Positions 28,292 through 38,401 of a stretch of 51,211 nt of DNA are shown piece after piece; position 1 is the stretch's first letter, and every line of letters starts with the position of its first letter. The notes beneath the pieces were generated by a model, which saw only the letters and a list, made by a program, of their open reading frames with translations, was not told the DNA's origin and made no database searches. The stretch comes from Promethearchaeota archaeon (GTDB lineage: Archaea > Asgardarchaeota > Lokiarchaeia > Sigyniarchaeales > SOKP01). The translations under genes and the position numbers were made by a program. Location: contig JBHLMQ010000018.1 of NCBI GenBank assembly GCA_048938005.1, positions 1 to 51,211 on the forward strand, written 5' to 3'.

Positions 28292-29344
28292 TTATTTGAT
28301 TAAGTTGTGTGCATTTTTTAAGCGTTTTTCTGCATCTTGAACAATGTCTTCTATAATTTTCTTTATATTTTTAATACTTTTTATTACTCCAATACTCTGC
28401 CCTAAAAGAACTGCTCCTGAATTAATATCTCCCGTATATGCTGCTTCATATGCTTTTCCTTCAGCTAAAATATCTTCCTGAGTCATGGCTGCTTCTTCAG
28501 CCATTTTTTCATCTTTGTCTGCTACAAGGCCATGATGTAATGAATATTCATTCTTCCAAAGCCTAATTGGACCTAATGCACCTGTTACTAACACTGTATC
28601 TTGAGCTCTTGCAGGAGGAACTACATTCTTATATGTTTCGTGAAATTCACTTTCAATAGACGCAATAAATCTGGATCCCATTGCGATAGCTCCAGCACCC
28701 ATAGCTAATGCTGCAGCAAGTCCTTCACCTGTGGCAAAACCTCCACAAGCAATTATAGGAATATCAGAATATTTTCGCATTACTTGTTGAAGCAAAACTA
28801 AAGTGCTAACTTTCTCATAGGATTGATGGCCTCCACCTTCATTTCCAGTTATCACCATACCATCTACATTTGACGCCACACATTTATCTGCGAGCCATAA
28901 TGCAGGTGCTACATGAAAATGTTTAATGTTTGAGCCGCTTTCTTTTAATTTTTGGAAAGTTTTTGATTGTGGTAACGTTTTTGAGGATCCTGCACTTGTA
29001 ACCGCATATACACATTGCTCTTTTACTCTTGGATTTTCCATAATGAATTTAGGAATTTCTGTAACTAGCTGTGGGGTATAAGTTTCTCTTCTTGAAGTTC
29101 TGATATTAAATCCAAAGGGTTTATCTGTATGTTCGACTACGTGAAGCATATTCTCTTTCATTATTTCTACAGGGCTCCTTTTATTTATATAATCGCTCAA
29201 TAGGGCACTATGACTTAACACACCTAAACCTCCTGCTTCAGATACAGCAATAGTTAATTCAGTTGTGTAGAATGGACCCATAGGGGCAGCAACTGTAGGA
29301 TGCTTAATTCCTAACAATTTTGTTATATTTGTTTCTAAAACCAT
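28292..29344 (-). CDS. Nitronate monooxygenase / FabK-like FMN oxidoreductase (paralog 1)
   Basis: AAPMGP, SEAGGLG, KPFGFN, GNEGGGH, IACGGFATG and MGSRF motifs. ATG at 29344 preferred over GTG at 29353. Confidence 0.9.
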   Translation of the reverse strand: MVLETNITKLLGIKHPTVAAPMGPFYTTELTIAVSEAGGLGVLSHSALLSDYINKRSPVEIMKENMLHVVEHTDKPFGFNIRTSRRETYTPQLVTEIPKFIMENPRVKEQCVYAVTSAGSSKTLPQSKTFQKLKESGSNIKHFHVAPALWLADKCVASNVDGMVITGNEGGGHQSYEKVSTLVLLQQVMRKYSDIPIIACGGFATGEGLAAALAMGAGAIAMGSRFIASIESEFHETYKNVVPPARAQDTVLVTGALGPIRLWKNEYSLHHGLVADKDEKMAEEAAMTQEDILAEGKAYEAAYTGDINSGAVLLGQSIGVIKSIKNIKKIIEDIVQDAEKRLKNAHNLIK

Positions 29345-29489
29345 ACTTATCACTTTCTTGATATTCAGAAATTTTTTAATTCGGTATTAATCTATTAAAT
29401 TAAGAACTATTTATTAAATATACATATTTCATTTATGAGCGTTCTATAAATATTCTTATCTTTAAACTATTAGAATAAAATGTAGGAAA

Positions 29490-30536
29490 ATGATTCATAT
29501 GCTCAGAGAAAATCCTAATATAATAATTTATGGTACAGGAGCTATTGGTGCTACTCTTGGAGGGTGGTTGACTAAGGATTATAATAATGTTTATTTATTA
29601 GCTAGAGGGAATAATTTAAGAGCTCTAAAATCCAATGGATTGATTTTATATGAAATCGATGAAAAAAATTCTAAAACCATTCCAGTAAATGTAATTGAAG
29701 ATTTAAATGAAGTCGAATCACCTGAAATTATACTTATTGTAGTAAAAAATTATGATCTTGAAGAAGTTGCAAAGGATATATATGAAAAAGTAGGAAATAA
29801 TGCTATTATTGTAGGATTACAAAACGGGATTGAAAATCAGAAAATACTACCAAAGTACTTTTCAAAAATAATATATGGAGTAATTGTTATGTCTGCATGG
29901 AGGGATAGCCCTGGCGTATTCGGTACTAGAGGGAAAAATCTACTTATTCTCGGAACAAAAAATAATAAGAACCAAGAGATTTTGGAAAGGGTAACTCACA
30001 TCCTTAATAAGAGTTTTCCAACAAAGTCAACAAAAAATTTCCAGGATGCTGCTCATTCTAAATTAGTTATGAATTTAATCAATTCAATATTTACATTAAT
30101 AGATCAAAAAAATCAAGATGAGGATTCCATATTTAAATTATGGAAAATATTTGTAAATACTTTCCTAGAAGGTGTAAAGATAGTAAAAGCTGCTGGATAT
30201 AAAGAATACAAACTTAAAGGGCTACCTAATTGGAAATCAATGGAATTTGCTCTGAATTTAGATAGAAAAATAACGCTTGATAATTTCAGGAAGAGTATAA
30301 GTTTTTCATGGCTTAATAGTATGGCACAAGATATGTTAATACGACAAAAACAGATTTCAGAATTAGAAACCTTAAATGGATATTTATTAAGTTTAGCTGA
30401 TAAATATGGATTAGAGGTCCCATATAATAGAACGATCTATAAATTATGTAAAGAAAGTTTTACCAAAATTCCTTACAAACCTTTAGATGTAGAAATAATT
30501 TATAAAGAAATTAAAAAAAATTTGGATCTAAATTAA
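29490..30536 (+). CDS. Ketopantoate reductase family (PanE/ApbA-like) oxidoreductase
   Basis: GTGAIG Rossmann motif, VKNYD, LQNG, KLVMN, SMAQD and ELETLNG. Confidence 0.85.
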   Translation: MIHMLRENPNIIIYGTGAIGATLGGWLTKDYNNVYLLARGNNLRALKSNGLILYEIDEKNSKTIPVNVIEDLNEVESPEIILIVVKNYDLEEVAKDIYEKVGNNAIIVGLQNGIENQKILPKYFSKIIYGVIVMSAWRDSPGVFGTRGKNLLILGTKNNKNQEILERVTHILNKSFPTKSTKNFQDAAHSKLVMNLINSIFTLIDQKNQDEDSIFKLWKIFVNTFLEGVKIVKAAGYKEYKLKGLPNWKSMEFALNLDRKITLDNFRKSISFSWLNSMAQDMLIRQKQISELETLNGYLLSLADKYGLEVPYNRTIYKLCKESFTKIPYKPLDVEIIYKEIKKNLDLN

Positions 30537-30581
30537 TTTTAATTACATTAAATTCAAATTTAAAATATTTTTTCTAATAAA

Positions 30582-31706
30582 ATGAAAGAAATTAGCCATG
30601 AAGAATATTACAATAAAGTTTTAGGTTCATGGTTAGGTCGTGTCGCTGGAGATTTTGTTGGTGCTCCAGTAGAATTAAAAAGTCAGAAATATATAAAGCG
30701 TAACTATGGCAATATTACGTATTATCCCAAGCCTATTAACTTAAATTATGTTAATGACGATGAAATGTATGAAATTGTTGCGCTTATAGCATTAGAAAAA
30801 TATGGAATTAATCTTAGTGCAAAGGATATTGCTCAAGAATGGGTTTCCCTTCTTAAAAATGAAAATTTTATATTTACTGCTGAAAAAATTGCTTACAATA
30901 ATCTCAAATCAAATATTTTTCCACCTAAATCAGGGATACTAAATAATTTCTATTATGATTTTATTGGAGCTCAAATGCGAGCAGATATTTGGGGGCAAAT
31001 CACTCCAGGCTGTCCTGAAATTGCAAAAGAATATGCAGAAATGGATGGTTCGATATCCCATGCCGATATTGGAATAGAAGGAGAGGGATTTATTGCAACT
31101 CTAATCTCCCAAGCTTTTTTTGAGGGAGATATTAGAAAAAATATTAAATTGGCTCTTGGATATCTCACTTCAGAAGACGAGAGTTTGTACTCTAAGATGA
31201 TATATAAAGCAATGCAAATTTATGAACAATATCCGAAGAAATTTAGAAAAGCTAGAAATCTTTTAGTAAGAGATTACTGGAAGAAACATATTGTAAATAA
31301 ATTAATTGAAAATAGTAAATACTTTCCAATAGAAAGAAGAATAATTTTGAATAGTCTAGTTGGTGGTATACATGTTCTACCAAATATAGGAATCATTATA
31401 TTATCTCTTCTATATGGTTCTGAAGATAAAGAAGATCCCTTAGGACGGTCAATTTGTATTGCTGCTATGATGGGTCTTGATACAGATTGTAATTGTGGCA
31501 ACATCGGTGCCATATTAGGAGCTCAACTTGGAGCTGAAAAAATACCTTCAAAATGGAAAGATCCTTTGCAAAATACATTTTCCACCTATGTGGAAGGATA
31601 TGAAAAATGGAAAATCTCAGATTTAGCACAAAGAATTACAAATATTGGAGAAAAAGTATTAAAACATAAGGCTCAAAATGTAGTTATAATAAAAAAAAAG
31701 CATTAG
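30582..31706 (+). CDS. ADP-ribosylglycohydrolase family protein
   Basis: GDFVGAPVE, NDDEMYE, GAQMRAD, SISH and GLDTDCNCGNIGAILGA motifs. Confidence 0.88.
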   Translation: MKEISHEEYYNKVLGSWLGRVAGDFVGAPVELKSQKYIKRNYGNITYYPKPINLNYVNDDEMYEIVALIALEKYGINLSAKDIAQEWVSLLKNENFIFTAEKIAYNNLKSNIFPPKSGILNNFYYDFIGAQMRADIWGQITPGCPEIAKEYAEMDGSISHADIGIEGEGFIATLISQAFFEGDIRKNIKLALGYLTSEDESLYSKMIYKAMQIYEQYPKKFRKARNLLVRDYWKKHIVNKLIENSKYFPIERRIILNSLVGGIHVLPNIGIIILSLLYGSEDKEDPLGRSICIAAMMGLDTDCNCGNIGAILGAQLGAEKIPSKWKDPLQNTFSTYVEGYEKWKISDLAQRITNIGEKVLKHKAQNVVIIKKKH

Positions 31707-31848
31707 CTCCCGCAGAGCATTCAATACAACAAGTTTAAAAAAATATTTAAAGAAAAAACAAAAATCAAAATTATATAAAATATAGAATTATAATTATGTA
31801 ATTCAACTTAAAGAATTAAAAAAAAAAAAAAACACAATTTGATGAGAA

Positions 31849-33402
31849 ATGGTTAGAACAAAAGAACAGTACATGAAAGATTTAGGTAGAATGAAGCCAA
31901 ATCTGTATTACAATGGAAAAGAAATAGATAGGTTAGACGATCTTCAGATGGATTGTATAAATACAATTGGAACTACATTTGATGCTTTTGATGATCCAGA
32001 ATACAAAGATTTAGTTCAAGTAAAATCTCATTTAACGGGTGAAATCATTAATAGATTTACGCATATTCATCATAGTACTGATGACCTTCATAAAAAGCAG
32101 GATATGACACGTAAATTATGTCAAAAAGTTGGTGGATGCATCCAGCGATGCATGGGTTGCGACGCAGCAAATGCTGTATATAATGTTTCATATGAGGCTG
32201 ATAAATTAAATAATGGAGAATCTCATTATCATGAAAATTTTAAAAAATGGTTATTAAGATTCCAACAAGAAGATTTAGTTTCAGCTGGTGCTCAAACGGA
32301 TGTAAAAGGAGATAGAATTAAAAGACCTGCTGATCAAGCAGATCCTGATATGTATGTCCATGTTGTAGAGAAAAAAAAAGATGGAATTATAGTTAGTGGC
32401 TGTAAGTTACACATTTCAGAAGCCTCCGTGTCTGACGAACTATTAGTTATCCCAACAAGAGCATTAAGACCTGAAGATAAAGATTATGCAGTTGCGTTCG
32501 CCGTACCAGGAGATTATGAGGGTGTTAGTCAAGTGGTCACTATCCATAATCTTCGAAAAAGAGAATACTTTCCACGTGGGTTTCAACCAGGAGCCACAGA
32601 TTCGTATATAATCTTTGATGAGGTGTTCGTTCCCTGGGAAAGAGTATTTTTATGCGGTGAATACCAGCATGGGGGTGCTCTTGCTTTACTATTTGGTCTT
32701 TTTCACCGGCATAGTTATTCAGGATGCAAACCTGCAATTGGAGATATTATGACGGGGACAGCAGCTTTGGCTGCGGAATATAACAATATAGCTAAAGCAA
32801 CGCATGTTAGACATAAACTAGCAGAATTAATCTTAGTTACAGAACTTGGTTATGCTGCTGGATACACTGCTTCTGACTTGGGAAAAACAGAAATATATAT
32901 GCCTGGAATAGGCTTTATCCCTTATGGACCTGGAAGCTATATTCCAGACTCAATTTACTGCAATGTTGGAAGGTGTTTAACTGGAGAAAATGTATTTCGT
33001 GAAGCTGAGATAATAACGGATATTTGTGGTGGTATTCCAGCAACTTTCCCACATGAACGAGATTTTGTTAATCCTAGATTGAAGGACAAACTCTATAAAT
33101 ATATTACTAGAAACCCAAAGATATCCCCCGAAAATGCTGCACAATTTTGGCGATTTGTTGGTGATATGATTTGTTCTTCAACAGGAGGAGTTCATCTCTT
33201 TGGAAGCTACCATGGGGGAGGAAGCCCAGTTATGGAGGAAATAGCTATTACAACCCAATATGACATTGAAGCCCGAAAAACAATGGTTAAAAAAATAGCT
33301 GGAATTGACGATGAGTTAAACAAGAAAAGATTGAAATTCAATGAAGCAAATGCAACGAAATTGATTACTCATGATGTAGATAAAACAGTTTCTAAAAAAT
33401 AA
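31849..33402 (+). CDS. 4-hydroxybutyryl-CoA dehydratase-like FAD/[4Fe-4S] protein (AbfD/HpaB family)
   Basis: CIQRCMG and HRHSYSGCK cluster ligands; QTDVKGDR, FDEVFVPWERVF and HGGGSP motifs. Confidence 0.85.
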   Translation: MVRTKEQYMKDLGRMKPNLYYNGKEIDRLDDLQMDCINTIGTTFDAFDDPEYKDLVQVKSHLTGEIINRFTHIHHSTDDLHKKQDMTRKLCQKVGGCIQRCMGCDAANAVYNVSYEADKLNNGESHYHENFKKWLLRFQQEDLVSAGAQTDVKGDRIKRPADQADPDMYVHVVEKKKDGIIVSGCKLHISEASVSDELLVIPTRALRPEDKDYAVAFAVPGDYEGVSQVVTIHNLRKREYFPRGFQPGATDSYIIFDEVFVPWERVFLCGEYQHGGALALLFGLFHRHSYSGCKPAIGDIMTGTAALAAEYNNIAKATHVRHKLAELILVTELGYAAGYTASDLGKTEIYMPGIGFIPYGPGSYIPDSIYCNVGRCLTGENVFREAEIITDICGGIPATFPHERDFVNPRLKDKLYKYITRNPKISPENAAQFWRFVGDMICSSTGGVHLFGSYHGGGSPVMEEIAITTQYDIEARKTMVKKIAGIDDELNKKRLKFNEANATKLITHDVDKTVSKK

Positions 33403-33446
33403 TGTAAAATTAAGATAAAAAAAATAATTTTTATTTTATAAAAGTC

Positions 33447-34007
33447 TCATCTTTTCTTTTTTGGGTTAAAAATTATAGCAGGTTTAGTGCGATCTGAATA
33501 TTTAAAATTATCCGCTTCTTTAATGTCACCGTATTTTGATTTTAGTTCTTCTAGATTACCCGCATAGAGAGCCCTAGGTCGACAAGTTTGTACACATACC
33601 GGGATTTTATTTTCCAAATGCCTATCTAGACAAAAAGTGCATTTTCGCATCTTAGCACCTTTTTCGGGTCCGAATTGTGGTGCATCGTAAGGGCATGCCT
33701 TTAAGCATTTAGAATCGCATTCCTCATTACCTATACATTTATTACTATCTACAATAACTATTCCATCTTCTTCTCTTTTTGTAATGGCTTTGACAGGACA
33801 AACGGGGATACATACAGGGTCTTCACAATGATAACAAGGTCTTACCAAATAACTAATAAAAACATTTGGAGTCTTCCCTTCTTCATTATAAAGCACTTGC
33901 ATCCAAAATTCTGGTCCAGCTGGAACGTCATTCCAGTCTTTGCAGGCGACAATACATGCAGCACATCCTGTACATCGAGTCTGATCAAAGTAGAAACCAA
34001 TCTGCAA
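33447..34007 (-). CDS. DmsB-like four-cluster iron-sulfur subunit (copy 1)
   Basis: CTGCAACIVACK, CYHCEDPVCIPVCP, CIG...CLKACPY and CTFC...CVQTC; TTG start with GAGGTGA RBS. Confidence 0.93.
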   Translation of the reverse strand: MQIGFYFDQTRCTGCAACIVACKDWNDVPAGPEFWMQVLYNEEGKTPNVFISYLVRPCYHCEDPVCIPVCPVKAITKREEDGIVIVDSNKCIGNEECDSKCLKACPYDAPQFGPEKGAKMRKCTFCLDRHLENKIPVCVQTCRPRALYAGNLEELKSKYGDIKEADNFKYSDRTKPAIIFNPKKKR

Positions 34008-34008
34008 T

Positions 34009-36258
34009 TTATTTCACCTCTGGTTTATCTTTACTTACTTGAACAAGACATGTTTTTAAACAAGAAGCCCCATCAGGAGCGTAAGCATTTTTAGTCAAAG
34101 TATTGGGACACCCACCCCTATCAATGCCTTCCTCATCAGGAGTATACCATGCACCTTCATGGATGATGATAACCCCAGGAATAATTCGTTCTGTAACCCA
34201 TGCTTCAATTGATAGTATGCCTCGATCATTATAAACATATATTAAGTCTCCTGTTTTAATATCTCTAGGTTTAGCATCGACTGAATTAATCCAACACCTA
34301 TGAGGATCAACTTCTTTAAGCCATTCAACGTGGAATAAATCAGAATGAACTCTATTCTTAGGGTGCGGAGAAAGCATTTGTAATGGGTATTTTTCAGTTA
34401 ATGGATCAAATCTATCTTCCCAACTACTTAAATATTTAGGAATGGAGGGTAAGTTGGGATCATTTATATCAGCTACCCGTTGCGAAAAGATTTCAATTTT
34501 CCCTGAAGGTGTCTTGAAAGGATTGTTTTCGGGATCTTCAATTTGTTTTTTAAACGCTACGTAGGGTTCGTCTAATTTTACTCTCCAAATCCCATCTTCT
34601 TTATATTTTTCGTAATTGGTGACGTGTGTTTTAATATCTTTTGTGTTTCTCCAAAACCTTTTTAATTGCCTTTCCTCATCGTAGTGTTTAAAATCTTCAA
34701 TACCCAATCTTTCTGCGAGTTCTTCAGCAATGGTAATATCATTCTTACTCTCTCCAATTGGTTCAATAGCTTTATTCATATATCCAAAATATGGTCCAGA
34801 TGGCCAAGGGCGAGTTAAATCCGATCTTTCTGCGATGCTAGTTGTTGGTAATATAATATCTGCATATCGAGCAGTTGGTGTCATAAATAATTCAACGCTA
34901 ACCATATAATCGAGCTTTTTTAATGCTTTTGCATTGCGATTGGTATTACCCAATTGATTTAAAAAATCGTTGCCACAAAACCATCCAAACTTGATGTCGT
35001 ATGGATAACCACCATTCTTACCTTCTAAAATCTGATCAAACATCTTATTAGTGTGAACTCTCGTACGTAAGCGATGGTTTAAGTTCACGGATCCTCTCAC
35101 TGAAATTCTATCCGGATGATTTTCTTCTACAGGATTCCTGCTTGGAGGGTAAATAAAAGGTCCAAAAAACATATGAGCTATTGGAATACCCATTAATCCT
35201 CCACAAGCTGCGCCACCATGTTGTCCAACATTTCCAGTCATTGCTGATAATGTCATAGCAGCTCTATTATATTGTCCGCCCATAGCACTGCGTGCTGGTC
35301 CTTGACAATCCATTAGCGCGGCGGGTTTAGTAGTTGCATATTCACGAGCTAATTCTCTGATTGTTTCTGCAGGTACCTTGCAGATCTTTTCAGCCCATTC
35401 AGGCGTTTTTTCAACACCATCTTCTTGACCCATAACATATTCCTTGAATTTATCAAATCCAACAGTATATTTGTCCAAGAACGAATGATCATGAAGATTT
35501 TCTGTTATCATTACGTTAGCCATGGCAACCATCATTGCCACATCGGTACCTGGTACAATAGGAATCCATTGATCCGCGACAACAACATCTGTATCTGTGT
35601 ATTTAGGATTAATACTTATAACTTTAGCACCTTTTTCGTGTGCTTTTATAAGATAATACATAGCATCTGTTCCTGAGTTCATTCTTGCTGGATTCCAACC
35701 CCATAATATTATTAACTTTGAATTTAACATATCTTCTCTACTATGGCCCACAAAAGGAGAAGCATATTGAACCATTGTTGCCCAAACGGCACCCTCAGAG
35801 GATACATTTCCATGATGGGTGGAGAAGCCACCAAAATGGGTAAATAATCTAATCATTGCGAGGATAGGGTGATGATATGCGCCGAGATAACCACCACTCA
35901 TAGGAAGAAATATAGCTTCATTTCCGTATGTTTCTTTTGTATATTTTAGTTTTTCAGCTATCTCATCCAATGCTTCGTCCCATGAGATACGTTTAAACTT
36001 ACCCTCTCCTTTTGGTCCTACTCTTTTCAGTGGATATTTAAGCCTTTCTGGATGGTAAATATGTTTCCGAAGAGCACGACATTTTACGCAGGTCCTAAGT
36101 TGGTTTTCTTCATTAACTAAATCGTCCCCCTCAACACGGATAATTTTACCATTTTTAACATGAAATTTAAGAGGACAACGTCCACCACAATCAAATGCTG
36201 ATGTAGTTCTTATAAACTTAACCTCATCAATTTCCTGTTGTTGGTCTTGTTTTTCCAT
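34009..36258 (-). CDS. DMSO-reductase-family molybdopterin oxidoreductase catalytic subunit, no Tat signal (copy 1)
   Basis: SAFDCGGRC...C, RLKYPLKR, ISWDEA, WGWNP, PGTD, KTPEWA, TPSGKIE and C-terminal Mo-bisPGD domain; GNVSS aligns with the Ser-ligand loop. Confidence 0.93.
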   Translation of the reverse strand: MEKQDQQQEIDEVKFIRTTSAFDCGGRCPLKFHVKNGKIIRVEGDDLVNEENQLRTCVKCRALRKHIYHPERLKYPLKRVGPKGEGKFKRISWDEALDEIAEKLKYTKETYGNEAIFLPMSGGYLGAYHHPILAMIRLFTHFGGFSTHHGNVSSEGAVWATMVQYASPFVGHSREDMLNSKLIILWGWNPARMNSGTDAMYYLIKAHEKGAKVISINPKYTDTDVVVADQWIPIVPGTDVAMMVAMANVMITENLHDHSFLDKYTVGFDKFKEYVMGQEDGVEKTPEWAEKICKVPAETIRELAREYATTKPAALMDCQGPARSAMGGQYNRAAMTLSAMTGNVGQHGGAACGGLMGIPIAHMFFGPFIYPPSRNPVEENHPDRISVRGSVNLNHRLRTRVHTNKMFDQILEGKNGGYPYDIKFGWFCGNDFLNQLGNTNRNAKALKKLDYMVSVELFMTPTARYADIILPTTSIAERSDLTRPWPSGPYFGYMNKAIEPIGESKNDITIAEELAERLGIEDFKHYDEERQLKRFWRNTKDIKTHVTNYEKYKEDGIWRVKLDEPYVAFKKQIEDPENNPFKTPSGKIEIFSQRVADINDPNLPSIPKYLSSWEDRFDPLTEKYPLQMLSPHPKNRVHSDLFHVEWLKEVDPHRCWINSVDAKPRDIKTGDLIYVYNDRGILSIEAWVTERIIPGVIIIHEGAWYTPDEEGIDRGGCPNTLTKNAYAPDGASCLKTCLVQVSKDKPEVK

Positions 36259-36309
36259 AAAATCATCTTATTTTGATTATAGATTTGTATTAAATTATAT
36301 AAAAATATA

Positions 36310-36324
36310 TTACTAATCTATTTC
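36310..36324. promoter_or_regulatory. 15-mer TTACTAATCTATTTC, copy 1 (upstream of molybdoenzyme copy 1)
   Basis: Identical to 39690-39704; both copies are intergenic. Confidence 0.4.
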
Positions 36325-36349
36325 CTTCTTAACCAAATTTAAAGTAAAT

Positions 36350-37039
36350 TTAATCAATTAATATATGTTCTAACTTCTTTAATACGTAATTTCGAAATTC
36401 TATTCTAGAAAAACCAGCTTGCCCAAATTGTGGTAATTCACTAGGAAAATCCCCTTTATATTTGTTATTTTGTTCAAGGTTCCTCATATGGCGTTCTACA
36501 ATAGCAGCACCTAATATTAAACTATAAGTAAAAAAAGTTAACATTCCCGCTTCAGATTCTTTAATTTCTCCTCTTTCAATGGCATTCCTTACTATCCTAG
36601 CCGTACCTATTAAATAATTAAATTCACGATAATCTTTTTCAAAAGGTCCTATCTTATCAGAAGGGGGAGATTTTTGGAGATGCATCATACTAAAAGCCCC
36701 ATAATCTTTTTCAGCAAACTCTAAAAAATTAGTAAAAATTTTCGTTAAAAGATTAGTCATAGATCCTTTATGGTCTTTAATTATTTTAATATTTTCTTCT
36801 CGATATTGCTTAAAAAACTTGTTTCTGATAGCTATCCATAACTCTCTCTTACTTCCTACGTAATTATACAAATTGTTTTGATTCATTCCAAGAATTTTAG
36901 CCAATCCTCGCAAACTAAAACCATCTCTCCCTTTTTCTAAAAATAATTCTTTTCCTGCTTCTAAGATTTGTTCAAATTGAGCTGCTTTTTTTTCAGGTGA
37001 ACGGCTTCGAGTTTGTTTTTTATTAGATTTAGTACTCAT
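36350..37039 (-). CDS. TetR/AcrR family transcriptional regulator
   Basis: ILEAGKELFLEKGRDGFSLRGLAKILGMNQNNLYNYVGSKREL HTH; AGGAG RBS. Confidence 0.92.
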   Translation of the reverse strand: MSTKSNKKQTRSRSPEKKAAQFEQILEAGKELFLEKGRDGFSLRGLAKILGMNQNNLYNYVGSKRELWIAIRNKFFKQYREENIKIIKDHKGSMTNLLTKIFTNFLEFAEKDYGAFSMMHLQKSPPSDKIGPFEKDYREFNYLIGTARIVRNAIERGEIKESEAGMLTFFTYSLILGAAIVERHMRNLEQNNKYKGDFPSELPQFGQAGFSRIEFRNYVLKKLEHILID

Positions 37040-37055
37040 ATTTATCTCCTATTGG

Positions 37056-37073
37056 TTTCATTTAAAAATGAAA
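37056..37073. promoter_or_regulatory. Inverted repeat, candidate TetR autoregulatory operator
   Basis: TTTCATTT-AA-AAATGAAA, perfect 8-bp arms, 17-34 nt upstream of the tetR ATG. Confidence 0.4.
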
Positions 37074-37299
37074 TTTATTAGAAATTCTTTTATCAGTTTA
37101 ACAACATATATATAAATTTTTAACTAATTATTAAGATTCGTGCTTTAAATATAATATGTATATTAGCAAAAATAGCATTTAATGTCATCTCTTTATATTT
37201 TTAGATAAAAAAAAAGAAATTAAAGAAAAAATTATTTGATTAAAACATCTCAGTTTTACTTGTTTTTATTATTGTATATCATTTGAAGTGCTTTATTTC

Positions 37300-38340
37300 C
37301 TATTTTATCATAGAGTAATTGTTCTTTATGGCAGCTTCTGCTTCCTTTATTACTCTTTCAATTATATCGTTGACATCATCAATACTATCAATAATTCCGA
37401 TTGACTGGCCGAGTAGTACTGCACCAGTTTCAGTATCTCCATTATAGACCCTATCATAAGCCCCTAAATCATGTGCTCTTTGCTCAGGAGTTATGGATTG
37501 TTCATAAGCTATCATTTCCTCTTTAGAGCTGGGTGCAGGATGTTCTAGAGCATATTTATTTTTGTATAAACGAATAGGACCAAATGCCCCTGTGAAAAGT
37601 CCTGTATCTTGTGGTTTCCCTTGTGGAACTAAAGCTTTATACTTTTCGTGAAATTCACTTTGTTTGGAAGCAATAAATCGAGAGCCCATAGCAATCGCTC
37701 CTGCACCTAAGGAAAGAGCTGCCGCCAGTCCTTCTCCCGTAGCAAATCCTCCACATGCTATTTTGGGTAAATTAGGAAAAACTTTATTAACCTGTTGTAA
37801 CAATACAAGTGTTGAAACTCTTTCATACGATTGATGGCCACCTCCTTCAGTCCCAGTGACCACTATCCCATCTACACCAGCATCCACACATTTCTGTGCA
37901 AGCCATACTGCAGGTGCTACATGAAAGTGCTTAACTTCCGAATTTTCCCTTAATTCTTGAAATGATTTTGAGCCTGGTAGAATCTTTGAAGATCCCGCAG
38001 AAGTCAGCCAATATTTACATTGATCCCTCATTTTTGGATTTCCCATGACTATCCTTGGTAATTTCCTTATCATTTCTCGAACTCCTCGATTATTACGAGA
38101 AGTAAGGATATTGAGACCGAAAGGTTTATCTGTGTGTTCAATCATATATTTCAAGCTTGAAATATGCTCCTCAACGGGATCTGTTCCCACTATATTAACA
38201 TTTGATAAAACACCCAAACCACCAGCCTCACATACTGCAAGAGCTAAATCGCGTGTAAAAAAGGGTCCCATAGGGGCATTAAATATAGGGTATTTTATCC
38301 CAAACATTTTAGTAATATTTGTTTCTATCATATTCTTCAT
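37300..38340 (-). CDS. Nitronate monooxygenase / FabK-like FMN oxidoreductase (paralog 2)
   Basis: NAPMGP, EAGGLG, GTEGGGHQSYE, ACGGFATGEG and MGSRF motifs; collinear with 28292-29344. Confidence 0.9.
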   Translation of the reverse strand: MKNMIETNITKMFGIKYPIFNAPMGPFFTRDLALAVCEAGGLGVLSNVNIVGTDPVEEHISSLKYMIEHTDKPFGLNILTSRNNRGVREMIRKLPRIVMGNPKMRDQCKYWLTSAGSSKILPGSKSFQELRENSEVKHFHVAPAVWLAQKCVDAGVDGIVVTGTEGGGHQSYERVSTLVLLQQVNKVFPNLPKIACGGFATGEGLAAALSLGAGAIAMGSRFIASKQSEFHEKYKALVPQGKPQDTGLFTGAFGPIRLYKNKYALEHPAPSSKEEMIAYEQSITPEQRAHDLGAYDRVYNGDTETGAVLLGQSIGIIDSIDDVNDIIERVIKEAEAAIKNNYSMIK

Positions 38341-38401
38341 TCTTTTGAATTTTTAAAATTATTAATGTTTAAAAATATTAAAAAAATTATTTAAGATTTG
38401 A

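Noticed and set aside
28178-31730. Shared ATTCAATACAAC 12-mer near 28180 and 31719, with loose similarity near 21935
   Set aside because: Short, AT-rich, inconsistent position relative to genes and not arrayed; compatible with chance.
31849-33402. Autotrophic 4-hydroxybutyrate carbon-fixation cycle, or an O2-dependent 4-hydroxyphenylacetate hydroxylase
   Set aside because: No carboxylase or succinyl-CoA reductase genes nearby; Fe-S ligands and absence of an HpaC reductase argue against the monooxygenase.
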